DNA of 64,000 nt from the NCBI RefSeq assembly GCF_004010195.1, contig NC_057746.1, positions 15,426,974 through 15,490,973 on the forward strand. The letters run 5' to 3'. Shown piece by piece: positions 37,021 through 48,053 of this stretch (positions are counted from its first letter, which is position 1; every line of letters begins with the position of its first letter). The stretch is from Chiloscyllium plagiosum (taxonomy: Eukaryota). The notes beneath the pieces are model-generated. The model was not told where the DNA came from, made no database searches, and worked only from the letters and a program-made list of their open reading frames with translations. A program made the translations under genes and the position numbers.

Positions 37021-39036
37021 TGGCAGAAGGATCAAAACATAAATGAGTGAAATGTTCCAATCTGACTTTTGAGGGTTTCTGAAACGTACTACCTGAAAGG
37101 GGGCATTGGCAGCAAACATCATGGTATTTTCAATGTAGATTAGGGTGTGTGGGACACTTTGCCACCTGCAGAGATACAGACCAAGTGTTGGAAAGTGGGA
37201 TAAAGTTGTTTATTTTTTTTATCATAGAGATAGACACAAAGGCTTCTATTTGTGCTCTGATGTTCTCGGATTATATTATTCTCCCTGGCACGTGAACTCA
37301 GTGTTGGTTTCATTCAGAAACAGAAAGCATGTTTTGGAGTTGTTGTTCTTCACAATTGTCTCCCACAAAACGGTGTTATGTGAAGCAGTTAATATTTAAA
37401 TTGTGAAGTCTGTTGCTGTCATTGTTTGAGAGGTTTCTGTCAAATAGTCTGTGATGAGAAGCTTCAGAGAATACTGAAGGAGATCGTAAGACAAGTTCCA
37501 AATGTGAAACAGATGTGACTCAATGGATAATGCTCAGTTGTGATTCAATATGCAGTGGAGATTCTTAAGTGCAGAATTCAGGCTGACACTGCTACTACCA
37601 GTCCTGAGGGAGCACTGCACTGTCACTAGATAATACCGAGGGAGAGTTGCACTCTCTGAGGAACAGTATGGCAGATGTCTGATTGTAACAAGGTCAGCCA
37701 GCTGGAGCTCAGTTATTTGGTCCAATCAGGCTGACATGTAAAAATGGTTGACTATCAGAAATACGGATGCAATGGTACCCGACTCTGAATGAGGCAAAGC
37801 CATGGACTGTTCATGTGTAAACAAAGCTAGACTTGTTGATGAGATAACAGCCTCTGTGAAGTTATTTAGTGATGTCAAGAGTGGGATAACTCATAGAACA
37901 GTATCTGGAAGGATATCCAGGTGAGTTTGTACTCTTGAAAGTTCACCTATATCTGGTTTGGAACAAATAAATTGTTGAGTAATACCAAAATCAGAACCAA
38001 TCAAGATAAACATTTGTTAAACGATCATTCCATTTTAATGGAATTCGATACTGGCACAGCCATATCGGTGATCACAGAAACTGATTTTACCAAAATTCAC
38101 TCTGGACTCCAGCCCATAACTTTACATAAAACTTAAGCCTGGCTGAGAACATATACCAGGGAACATTTACAGATAAAGGATACAACTTCATTTCCAAACT
38201 CTTAAGAAAAATAGCTGATTCAGTTACCAGTGATTGTGATAAAGGCTTTAGCCCAAGTTTGATGAGACAAAATTGATTGAGAGAGATTCACCTAAATTGG
38301 CTTGACATTTTTCAATTGGAAAATGGCTTTCTGAGTGATGTGTTGATAAAATACCCAGAAGTCTTCCGGAAAGGTCTATCAGAGGAGCCTAGGCCACCTT
38401 ACATGTTGACTAGAAAACAATTCCATGATTATGTAAGGCCCTCCCAGTGCAATTTGCATTATGGGCAAAAGTAGAGGCATAAATCAGGAGGCCGAAAAGT
38501 GAAGGAATCTTCAAATCAACCCAACTCATGGAATGGACAGCGCCAGTCATGCCGATTTTGAAGCCTAATTTACTGGTCTTAGAAATGACCTAAGTTCGTG
38601 GATAGACATGGTTTGCCTTTGTGGAGATTTTAAACAAATGGCAAATAGGTTTTTGCTGCTAAATAAACACCCAAACCTTCAGATGGACGATTTATACACA
38701 AAGCTGACAGAGGGGATGCTCTCCTCCACAAAGCTGGACATCAGCCAGGCTTATTTGCAATTGCTTTCAGATCAGCATTCCAAGAAATATGCTGCAATTA
38801 ATACTCATAAGGGTTTGTACGAATAGACGAGACTACCATTTGCTGTATCATCAGCATGTTCAGGCGAACAATGGATAACATTTTGCCATTTACCAAAATG
38901 ATGCGCTAATAATAGGAAAATTTAATAATCAACACTCAGAGAACTTGAATGCAGTCTTAAGGCGCTTTTCCAAGGCAGCCGTACACCTAAGAAGGAAAAA
39001 AATGTGTGTTCCAGGTACCCCAAGTGACCTACTTGC

Positions 39037-39362
39037 AATGGTTAGCACTGCTGCCTCACAGTGTCAGGGACCCAGGTTCAATTCTAGCCTTGGGAAACTG
39101 TCTGGTGTAGTTCGTACATTCTCCCCATGTCACCATGGATTTGCTCCAGGTGCTCCGGTTTCCTCCCACATTCCAAAGATGTGAAGGTTAGGTAAATTGG
39201 CCATGCTAAATTGCCCATGGTGTTCTGTGATGTGTAGGTTAGGTGCAGGGGTAAATGTAGAGCAATAGGGTAGGGGAATGGTTTTGGGTGAGTTACTCTT
39301 CAGAGGGTCAGTGTGGACTTGTTGGGCTAAAGGGCCTGGTTCCACACTGTTGCAATTCTACG
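39037..39362 (+). mobile_element. tRNA-derived SINE inserted in the Gypsy RT
   Basis: GGTTAGCACTGCTGCCTCACAG head, B box and SINE core. Confidence 0.88.
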
Positions 39363-39862
39363 AAAATTAGGTTATTAAATCGACAAGACCTGGTTATACC
39401 TATTGGAAGATAGAATGAGGTCAATCAAAGGTGCCCCAGCACCCACGTCTGTCCAGGAGCTTGGGTCATTTTTTGGACTGGTAAATTATTACAGAAAGTT
39501 CATATATAGCCTGGTATCTATCCTTGCACCTTTGCCTCAACTCCAAAAAAAGGGCCAGCATTGGAGGTTGTCACAGAGACAAACCCTTGCTTTCAGTGAT
39601 TAAAGAAACAGCTATCATCCTCTAAAGTGTTGGCACCCTATGATCGCAAGCAAGATATAGTATTGATATGCAATGCCTCCCTGTGTAGCATCAGGGTAGT
39701 ATTATCTCATAGGTGATCCAATGGAGGGGAAACCCAATAGCATATGCATCCAAGACTTTGGCTAATGTGGAGTATAAATGCATCCAGATAGAAAATGAAG
39801 GACTAGTGGTCATATTTGGAGTCTGGAAGTTCCACTTTACATGTATGAACATTTGTATTAAT

Positions 39863-40075
39863 GCTGTGGTTCTGTTCGCTGAGCTGGAAGTTTTTGTTGC
39901 AAATGTTTCGTCCCCTGGCTAGGCGACATCATCAATGCTTGGGAGCCTCCTGCAGGAGGCTCCCAAGCACTGATGATGTCGCCTAGCCAGGGGACGAAAC
40001 GTTTGCAACAAAAACTTCCAGCTCAGCGAACAGAACCACAGCAACGAGCACCCGAGCTACAAATCTTCGCACAAA
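39863..40075. mobile_element. Palindromic PLE-type pLTR insertion with hammerhead motif and 12-bp TSD
   Basis: 91-bp inverted arms 39862-39952 and 39953-40043; TSD ATTTGTATTAAT at 39851-62 and 40076-87. Confidence 0.85.
39967..40006 (+). ncRNA. Minimal type I hammerhead ribozyme motif
   Basis: Stem I GCA/TGC, core CTGATGA, stem II GTC(G)CCT..AGG(G)GAC, GAAAC-GTT with palindromic AAACGTTT stem III region. Confidence 0.78.
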
Positions 40076-40509
40076 ATTTGTATTAATCACGGACCACAAA
40101 TCCCTACGTTGTCTGCATCTTAACTTCGGGCCACACTTAGCAGTGGGTTCTAATATGAAGTGCTTATAATTACAAGTTAGAACACTGTCCGGGAGACCAG
40201 GTAGTGAATGTGGATACATTGAGCCAACTCCCATTAAGACTTACGCGACCAGTGGTACCCTCAGTGGAAGAGTCTGTTATATTAAATTTTCTGAACACAC
40301 TCCCAGTCACAGGTAACAATATCAGACTTTGGATGTAGCTTCCAGTCCTTTTAAAACTGTAACAATTGGTTTTAATGGGGTAAACTAAAAGGTTATCACA
40401 GCTAGAATTCTCGCCTTTTGGACCCGTAGAGAACAAAATACATATTATTACAGGGAGCAAGAGTGATTGTCCCAAACAAAGGTCTCCACAAAATTCTGCC
40501 TGAATTCCA

Positions 40510-40614
40510 TGAGCAGGAGCCTGGAAGAACACGGCAAGTCAGGCAGCATCGGGAGATGGAGAAGTCGATGTTTTGGGTGTAATGCTGATTCAACGTCTAC
40601 AGCTTTTTTGGTCT
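40510..40614. mobile_element. Short rearranged PLE pLTR insertion in Gypsy pol with 10-bp TSD
   Basis: TSD CTGAATTCCA at 40500-09 and 40615-24; CTGGAAGAACACGGCAAGTCAGGCAGCATC resembles the reversed PLE tail. Confidence 0.7.
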
Positions 40615-43600
40615 CTGAATTCCACTAGCAGCATCCATGGGTCTCCAAAATGAAGATGCTGGTGACGAGCTACGTCTGCTGGCAGGCCTGAATGCAGACA
40701 TAGCTGCATGGGTAGAGCAGTGCCCAGAGTGCCAACAGGGACAAAAATTACCACCAGCAGCTCCCCCGCATCGTGAGAATGGCTGGGTAAATGTTGAACT
40801 CACATCGACAATGCAGGTCCTTTCATGGGTTAAATGTTCTTAGTCATTATATATGCTCACTTAAAGTGGTTGGACATGTGTAGAGTCCATTCGTCAAATA
40901 CGGGGATGACCATAGAAAGACTATGCACATCTGTTTCAACACACAGAGAAGTGAAAGGGTTGGTCTCAGATAACAGGGAATTTTGTTATTTCTTAAAGTC
41001 AAATGTGATCCAACATAGAAGGACAGCTTCATATTACCCATCATCCAATGGCCTGTCAGAAAGAGCAGTCCAAACTTTGAAGGATGTCTTGAGGAAACAG
41101 CCTACAACCTTGCTGGATACCAAGCTGTCATGATTCATGTTTGAATATAGGACCACCCCACATCCAACTACAGGGATTACACCAGCAGAGTTGCGAATGA
41201 AGAGAAGATTCTGTACCATGTTAAGCCTGATCTTTCTGGACCTGGGGGTGAGACTGAAACGGCATCAGGAACTCCAATGCTGGACCCAATACTCCACCAA
41301 TTAAGATGGACAGTTTGATACAGGGGATGAAGTTTGGGTAGGTGGGGATGGTTCTGAATAAACACGTGGAACATTTGAAAGCTGTGCATTTGCAAACGGT
41401 GCCCAAGCAAAACGTGCCCAGCTCCTCGAATCTATTAGAAATGTTGCAGGAATCCGTAGATTCACCCTCTTTGCTAAATGTTGTTGAGTCCTCTGAATCA
41501 GAGTTGGACTTGACGGATATAGCCACTTTGATGCCGGAAGAAGAGAGTGAAATTTTGCTGAGGTATTCCTGGCACAAGAAGCAAGTTTTCAGAACCCAAG
41601 TCAGAGGAACCTCGCCCAGTGCTCAATCACCTAGGGGGTTCTCTAAGAAAAAGGATTACCCTATGTCCTCAGACTCAGGGGGAGAGGGATGTAATGATTG
41701 CAACAAGGTCAACCAGATAGACCTCATAGAATGTGAGTTTCCTGATTGTTCCAGATTAGAAGCACCAATCAGCGAACCCCGGCTGACTTATAAATGGCTG
41801 ACTCTGAATGAGGCAGTACTAAAATCAAGAAATCTTCACTTGTAAATAAAGTGAGACTTGGTTACAGGATACTGGCCACTGTGGAGATTTCTTCAGCAGG
41901 GAACTGAACTTTGTAGTACTGAGGCAGTACTACACAATCCCTATGTCAGAATAGAGTAAGAGCTTGCATGTTGGGGGGTAGCAGCACTGAGAGAGTACTT
42001 CACAGTCAGAAGGGCAGTTCTGTGAGGTTTGCTGCACAATCCATGGGCTAGTATTGAGGGAGTCTTGTGTGATCAGAGGAGCAATATGTCGGAGGACAAC
42101 TGCACATTCAAAATGATGGTGCCGCCTCACTATTGAGAGGGTAGTACTGACAGAGTGCCGCATGGTTTGAATTTTATTTTGTTTATTGAAGGAATCATCA
42201 ATCTGAGCCTGCCCACGAGCTTACTTCCTCGTAAACTGGTGGAACAAAAATAACACGCAAGGAGAATAAAAAGTTAATGTTTCAAATGAATAAAGTTTTA
42301 TCAGAACTCTGTTTCTCCCTCAACAGACCCCCGCTGACCTCCTGTGGGTTTCCAACATTTCCTGGTTTGATTTCAGATTTCCAGAATCTGCGGTATCTTA
42401 CTTCAGTTTGAGAGAAGAGAAGTATCATGTCATAGATTCCCCTAAATGTAGAACGTATCCCCAGTGAACTGTCCTTTCAGTAAAATTACTTGGGAGATTG
42501 AAATGACAGGAAGATAATGACCATGAATCTGAGCTCAGTGATAGTACAGGCTTCAGTTTTAAATATGGAAGGTTGACTTCACAAGAGACCTTTATAGTTA
42601 AAGTCATCAGCATCAAGACCTTTAAAGGTCAAACACAGAAGCGGAGTGAAAATTAGTTCAGTAGCTGAACATTGAACTAACCTGAACTGGAAGAAACCAG
42701 CTTTGATTTGATCTCAGCTGGATACTATTGGAGATGACTAAGTAACTCATACATCAACAAAATCTTTAAAAATCTAGGAAGACTTCCCACTTGCTTAGCG
42801 GGACCAAATAAATTTCAGTTGGCACCAATTTACATATTCTTAGGTTGATGAAATCCAGTGCACCAATAAAAATGTCTTTTGGGCGTGCTGTCTTAGAGTG
42901 GCCGGAAGATGGGAGGATGGGTAGTTTGCTGGGTTGTGAGGAGGGTCCGTATTCTATGCACTTTTTAATGTAATTGGACTGTCTTATATGTATTTGTTAC
43001 AGTTTTATGATGATTGAAAGTGGGATTTGAGGTTTGTCCTCATTTCCTGAAAACTGGTTGAACAGTACAGTTTGGAACCTGGCGTTGCCACTCCCCTCCC
43101 TTGTAAAATTGATGTTTCTCTGTACATAACTGTTAATGTTAACTGTTTTGTAAACTGTTTATTGTTGAATAAAATTTTATTTTAAATGTCTTTCTTTCAC
43201 TGTGTCTCACACCTGCACACAGACAACACAGGTGCTGGGGAAAATAGAAACACAACTGCTGTTAGGTGGTAGTGTGGGGGAAAATAACAAAAATAGCCAG
43301 GAGATTTAGAATCTCCTCAGTTTAGGGCACTGACTCTGTGCTGGCTGGACCATGGTCAGTGTGTCTCAACTGCCCATCTCTGTTTTTTGGAGGAGAGGCT
43401 TTTTCTTTCCCCAACCGCCCCCTCCTTTTCCAGAGAAGATATTTGTTCCTTTTTGGTTTTCATTATTGTTCTGCATCCAGAAGTCAATATCATGAATAGT
43501 TGTGCTGACACTGATCACCATGGGTTGAACTCTAAAGCGACTGTGCACATTATTGTGCAGCTTAGAAGGAATGTTGATACAGAGCCAACCTCGCAAATTT

Positions 43601-43996
43601 TCGACAATACAATTCATATGTTGTTGGGAGGTATTCTAATTAATGGATCATTGTAATCTGAGAAAACTGTACTTACCAAAAGGCGTTCTAAACATTGTCA
43701 GTTCCTGGGAGTCTGGAAAAAGATCGATGGCCCAATATATATTCCCGACGTAAATCTGGAAAAAGGCTTTGCACCTGCAAATTTGTGATTAAGCACTTAC
43801 AAGGCAGGAATATTTTGTGGATATCCTTTTTGGTGCAATATTCAGTTGTCTTGGACTTAAACCTGGATTTAGAATGCTCCTTTAATGCATTTTGTATTAT
43901 TCTGTAAACTAAAGGTCCATAAAGAGGTTACACCAATCAGCATGACATGCAATGTTGCAATTATGTTGTCTGTTAATCACCATGAACCCATTATTG

Positions 43997-44178
43997 GAAA
44001 TTCCGGCTCACTAATGTCCTTTAGGAAAGGAAACTGCCATCCTTACCTGGTCTGGCCTACTTGTAACTCCAGACCCACAGCAATGTGGCTGACTCTTAAC
44101 TTCCCTTTGGGCAATTAGGGATGGGCAATAAATAACCTAGCCAGTGACATCCTCACCCAATGAATGAATTAAAAAAAA
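43997..44178 (+). mobile_element. Non-LTR/SINE-type 3' end with A tail
   Basis: GGGCAATTAGGGATGGGCAATAAAT...TGAATGAAT-A tail; related piece at ~52390-52545. Confidence 0.55.
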
Positions 44179-44694
44179 GACATTGGTTCTATCAATGGGT
44201 AACATGAGATAGTGCCTCTCCTTAATAGCACATTGTTTCAATTTAATTGCCCTCCTGGATGCTTTGATTGAACCATACTGCACTACACTGTGAATCCCAG
44301 ACCCGAAGCACTCACTGGATGACAATGCTTTTTATTTCCTCAATTTAAACTTAGTTTATTTGAAAATCACTTCAAATCTGTGACCTCTCTTTCTTGAGCT
44401 TTTTATGAGCAGGGACAGTTTCTTCCTGTTTACCATTTATAATTATTAAAAAAAAAACTTTCAATCAAATGTGTTCTGATGTCTGGAAATGTAAGGTTTT
44501 TTAACGCAGAAAACCATTTGTTTTATGAGGGCATTCTGTATTCTCTTCTAGAAACACTTTAGTAACTTGGAGGTATCCTTCAGGACCTGCTAAACTGTTG
44601 TTCTCTGTAAAGCAAAAGAACTGTGACATCATTTATTTTTGTAAGGGTGAGAGTCACAAATATTTCTGGCTTCAATTCAGTTGCAGCCTTCACT

Positions 44695-45570
44695 CATAAA
44701 GTCATGGAGCTCGACAGCATGGAGACAGGCCCCTTTGGCCCAAACTAGTCCATGTCAATCAAAATGTCCATCCGCGCTAACCCCATTTCCCTGCACTTGG
44801 TCCATATCCTTCTGAACCTTTCCTATCCATGTATTTGCCAAATGCCTTTTAAATGTTGCTATTATACTCACCTCAACCATTTCTGCTGGCAGCTCATTCC
44901 ATATGCATACGACCCTCTGTGTAAATAAGTTGCCCCTCAGGTTCCCAGTCATTCTTTTCCCTCTAAGCTTAAACGGATGCTCTCTCGTCCTTGATTCCCC
45001 AACCCTGGGAAAAGACTGAGTGCATTCATTCTATCCATGCCTGTCATGATTTTACACACTTCAATAAGATTCCCACTCAGTCTCCTACGCTCTAAAGACA
45101 AAAATGTCCGAGCTTCCACCATCCAATCTCTCTCTATAACTCAGTCCTTTGAGTCCTGGCAACATCTTTGTAATTTTCTTCTGCACTCTTTCCAGTTTAA
45201 TAGCATTCTTCCTATAGCAAGGTGACCAAAACTGAACACAATACTCCAAGTGCTGCCTCACCAATGTCCTGGACTACTACAACATAACTTCCCAACTTCT
45301 GTATTCAGTGCCCTGACTAATGAAAGCCAGTGTACCAAAAGCCTTCTTCACTGTCCTGTCTACCTGTGACTACAGAGAACATTGCACCGCAACTCCAAAT
45401 TTCCTCTGTTCCACTACATTTCTTAAGGGCCCACTATGCCACTCATACCTTGAAGGACTTTCCAAAATGCAAGAACTCACACTTATCCGTATTAAACTCC
45501 ATTTACCATTTCTTGGCCCATTTCTCCAGCTGATCAAGATTCTGCTGATATTGTTGATAACCTTCCTCAC
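44695..45570 (-). mobile_element. CR1 3' portion
   Basis: GNLFTQRVVCIWNELP and CR1 3'UTR reversed. Confidence 0.88.
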
Positions 45571-47539
45571 TCCATTCTTGATTGTCACTTTTTGTATTTG
45601 ATTTGTAACCTCAGCTCTGAACTCAGACATATGATAGGTGACTGGTAGGAAAAGAACATTTCACAAATACCACCTCAGTACGGATTTGTTATCACTTTCT
45701 TCTGGTACCCGCTTGCAGCCACGTTGCCATCATAATGTTTGACATGGCTTTCTAAACCAGGCAGCAACTGAACTGGCAGCAGTGTGATATGCCCAGATTG
45801 GGGACTACAGGCATTGGCGAGATGGCAGCTTCATTTGAGCCAAGGTCTCCTGGTTCTTCTCAGCCTGGTTCGAGGATTTCAGGCATCACCGAGGTGGCAA
45901 TGGCAGTAGAAATAGGGACTCTGGTTGCGATAAGCCCTTAGTAAGGAATCCTGGCTATCGGTGTGACACTGGTGATGGCAGCTCCTGATGGTGGTAGGCC
46001 GAGAGCTAGGGTCTCCTAGTTGTCAGAGATTTGGTGGTGGCAGTGGCAGCGGCAGCAGACTCAGGGGCTCCTGGTGGCAGGGCGAGTGTGTATCCAGCAT
46101 AGGAAACAGCTTTGGCAGTCTGTCAGAGAGGTGGGCCCAGTGATGAAAATATAGAGCCTGAAGAGTAGCAACTCTAATGTTGGTAGGTCCAGCTCAGGTA
46201 GCATTGGTTGGCCGGCTCGGAGCTCAGGACTCATGGTGGAGATAGCAGTGTGAAAATGGGCTTTCTTTCAGATTTGTCTTATTTTCTTTTCACTATTAAA
46301 ATGTTCAAATGATGCTGAATTGTGTCAAAAGTTGAAGCTTTTCATTGTTTTTTACCATGTTGTTCATGGTCGCAGACAAGTGACAATAAATAATCACTAA
46401 TTCAAAGTGCAAAACACAAAAAGAATCGGGTTCATATTGAGTCAGATATCTGGGAGCTTATTAACTAACTAATTATGTAATTATTTACATAACTATTTAT
46501 GATCAGTGCAGAAAATCTCAGATTTAAATGCACAGTCTAGGTTTTGTGGTTACTTAGATTATAGTTATCTTATCCACAGAAGTGACTGACTGACCAAATG
46601 ATGTTAAAGTTTACTGAACACTGACTGAAAGAACGTTGAGCAAGATAAGGACCTTTAACAAAACTGTGCCACAGGTAGTGATACCTTCTTAGCTGTCTTA
46701 AAGATATAGTTTTTTTTTCTGAGATCTGTGTAGTCATACAACATTACTTGTCTCCTCAACTGCAGCACCTCCAATTTTCAGCAGATCTCTTGTCTCCAAA
46801 TGCAGTAACTTCCTGCTCAAATAAATTGCATCAACAGCCCTTCTCCCCAACTGCATCAACTCCCACTCTCCCAGCTGCATTTAAGAACACCTTGCAGTTA
46901 ACTGGCAATGAAATCCATGAAATCTCCTCAATCATTTGAAGGCCATCCACTTATTAATCAGCACTGTCCTTTCGTAAAGTATAAATTTGTTTTCTGTTTA
47001 CGTTGCTATTTTGTGTGAATTGTCCCAATGAGTGTAAGACAAAATACTTACACAAAATTCATTTTTTTCAGCAAATACAAGTTGTTGCTACAAATCAATG
47101 AATTGAATATTTGTTTATTTAATGCAAATTACCTGTGCTTCTGTCAGCGCTAATGCAATGTTCCTTTTATTGGAATAAAGTGATAGACTTTCTTTGGTGT
47201 GAACATGTTCTTTGCCAACCACTGATTCAAATATAGCATTTATTTTACTTTTACCTCCAGTTGCAGTCAGAGGACTGTGCCAGACTCTCAATGTGCAGTA
47301 AGCCAGGATATCCCTCTGTAATATTCATCAAAATTATGAAGGAAATTGCATACATGGAACAGTGTATGATTGGGAGAATATTGATCCTCTATAAAATTTA
47401 CCCAGATTTTACTCAAATTTTACTTGTATTGTTTTGTTGAGACTCAGCTCAGCAGTGTTGATAGCATCCCAAATTACATGCATTTACTTTCCATTTCCAT
47501 GTAAAGATTTAAGTAGCCTTTGGCACCATGACTGGCTCT

Positions 47540-48053
47540 GCTGTAAAGCAGGTTATGGCAAAGTCCAAGTGAGTAATTGTGATAGGGACTGTCTAGTCCA
47601 GGGCACAGACAGGCATTTCTGCAGCTGGAAGCAAGACTCTAGGATAGCGTATTGTCTCCTTGCTGCCAGGGTCAAGGATATCTCCGAGCAATTGCAACAA
47701 ATTCTCAAAGCGGGTCATGAGGAACCAGAGGCTGTTGTACACACTGGTACCAATGACATAGGTAGAAAAAGGGATGAGGTCCTGCAAAGCGAACAGATGG
47801 AATGAAGCAGGAGTGGGACTTCAAGGGTAGTCATCTCAGACTTACTTAAAAGTTAGACAGCATAGGTTTAACGTGAGAAGGGGAGGATTTGAAAGGAACC
47901 TGAGGGGCAACTTTTTCACATAGATGGTGTGCAGGTATGGAACATGCAGCCAGAAGAAGTAGTAGAGGCAATTAAAGTTACCTCATTGAAAAAAAACATT
48001 TGGATAGGTACATGGACAGGTAAGGTTTAAAGCGCTATGGGTCAAATGCAGGC
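47540..48053 (+). mobile_element. Internally deleted CR1: ORF1 SGNH-esterase remnant fused to ORF2 3' end (3'UTR resumes at 51908-51980)
   Basis: DCLVQGTDRHFC...VVHTGTNDIGRKRDEVL, then GGGGCAACTTTTTCAC ORF2 end. Confidence 0.8.

Larger units (their letters stand above)
37676..41895 (+). mobile_element. Decayed Gypsy LTR retrotransposon with two LTRs (~37676-37868, 41690-41895); PR-RT-RH-IN remnants, gag largely missing
   Basis: DTG protease near 38047, LCGDFK and KLDISQAYLQL (RT), PIAYASKTL and ITDHK (RNase H), CPECQQ and YYPSSNGLSERAVQT (IN); PPT GGGGGAGAGGGA 41678-89; flanks GCAGA/GCAGG. Confidence 0.9.
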
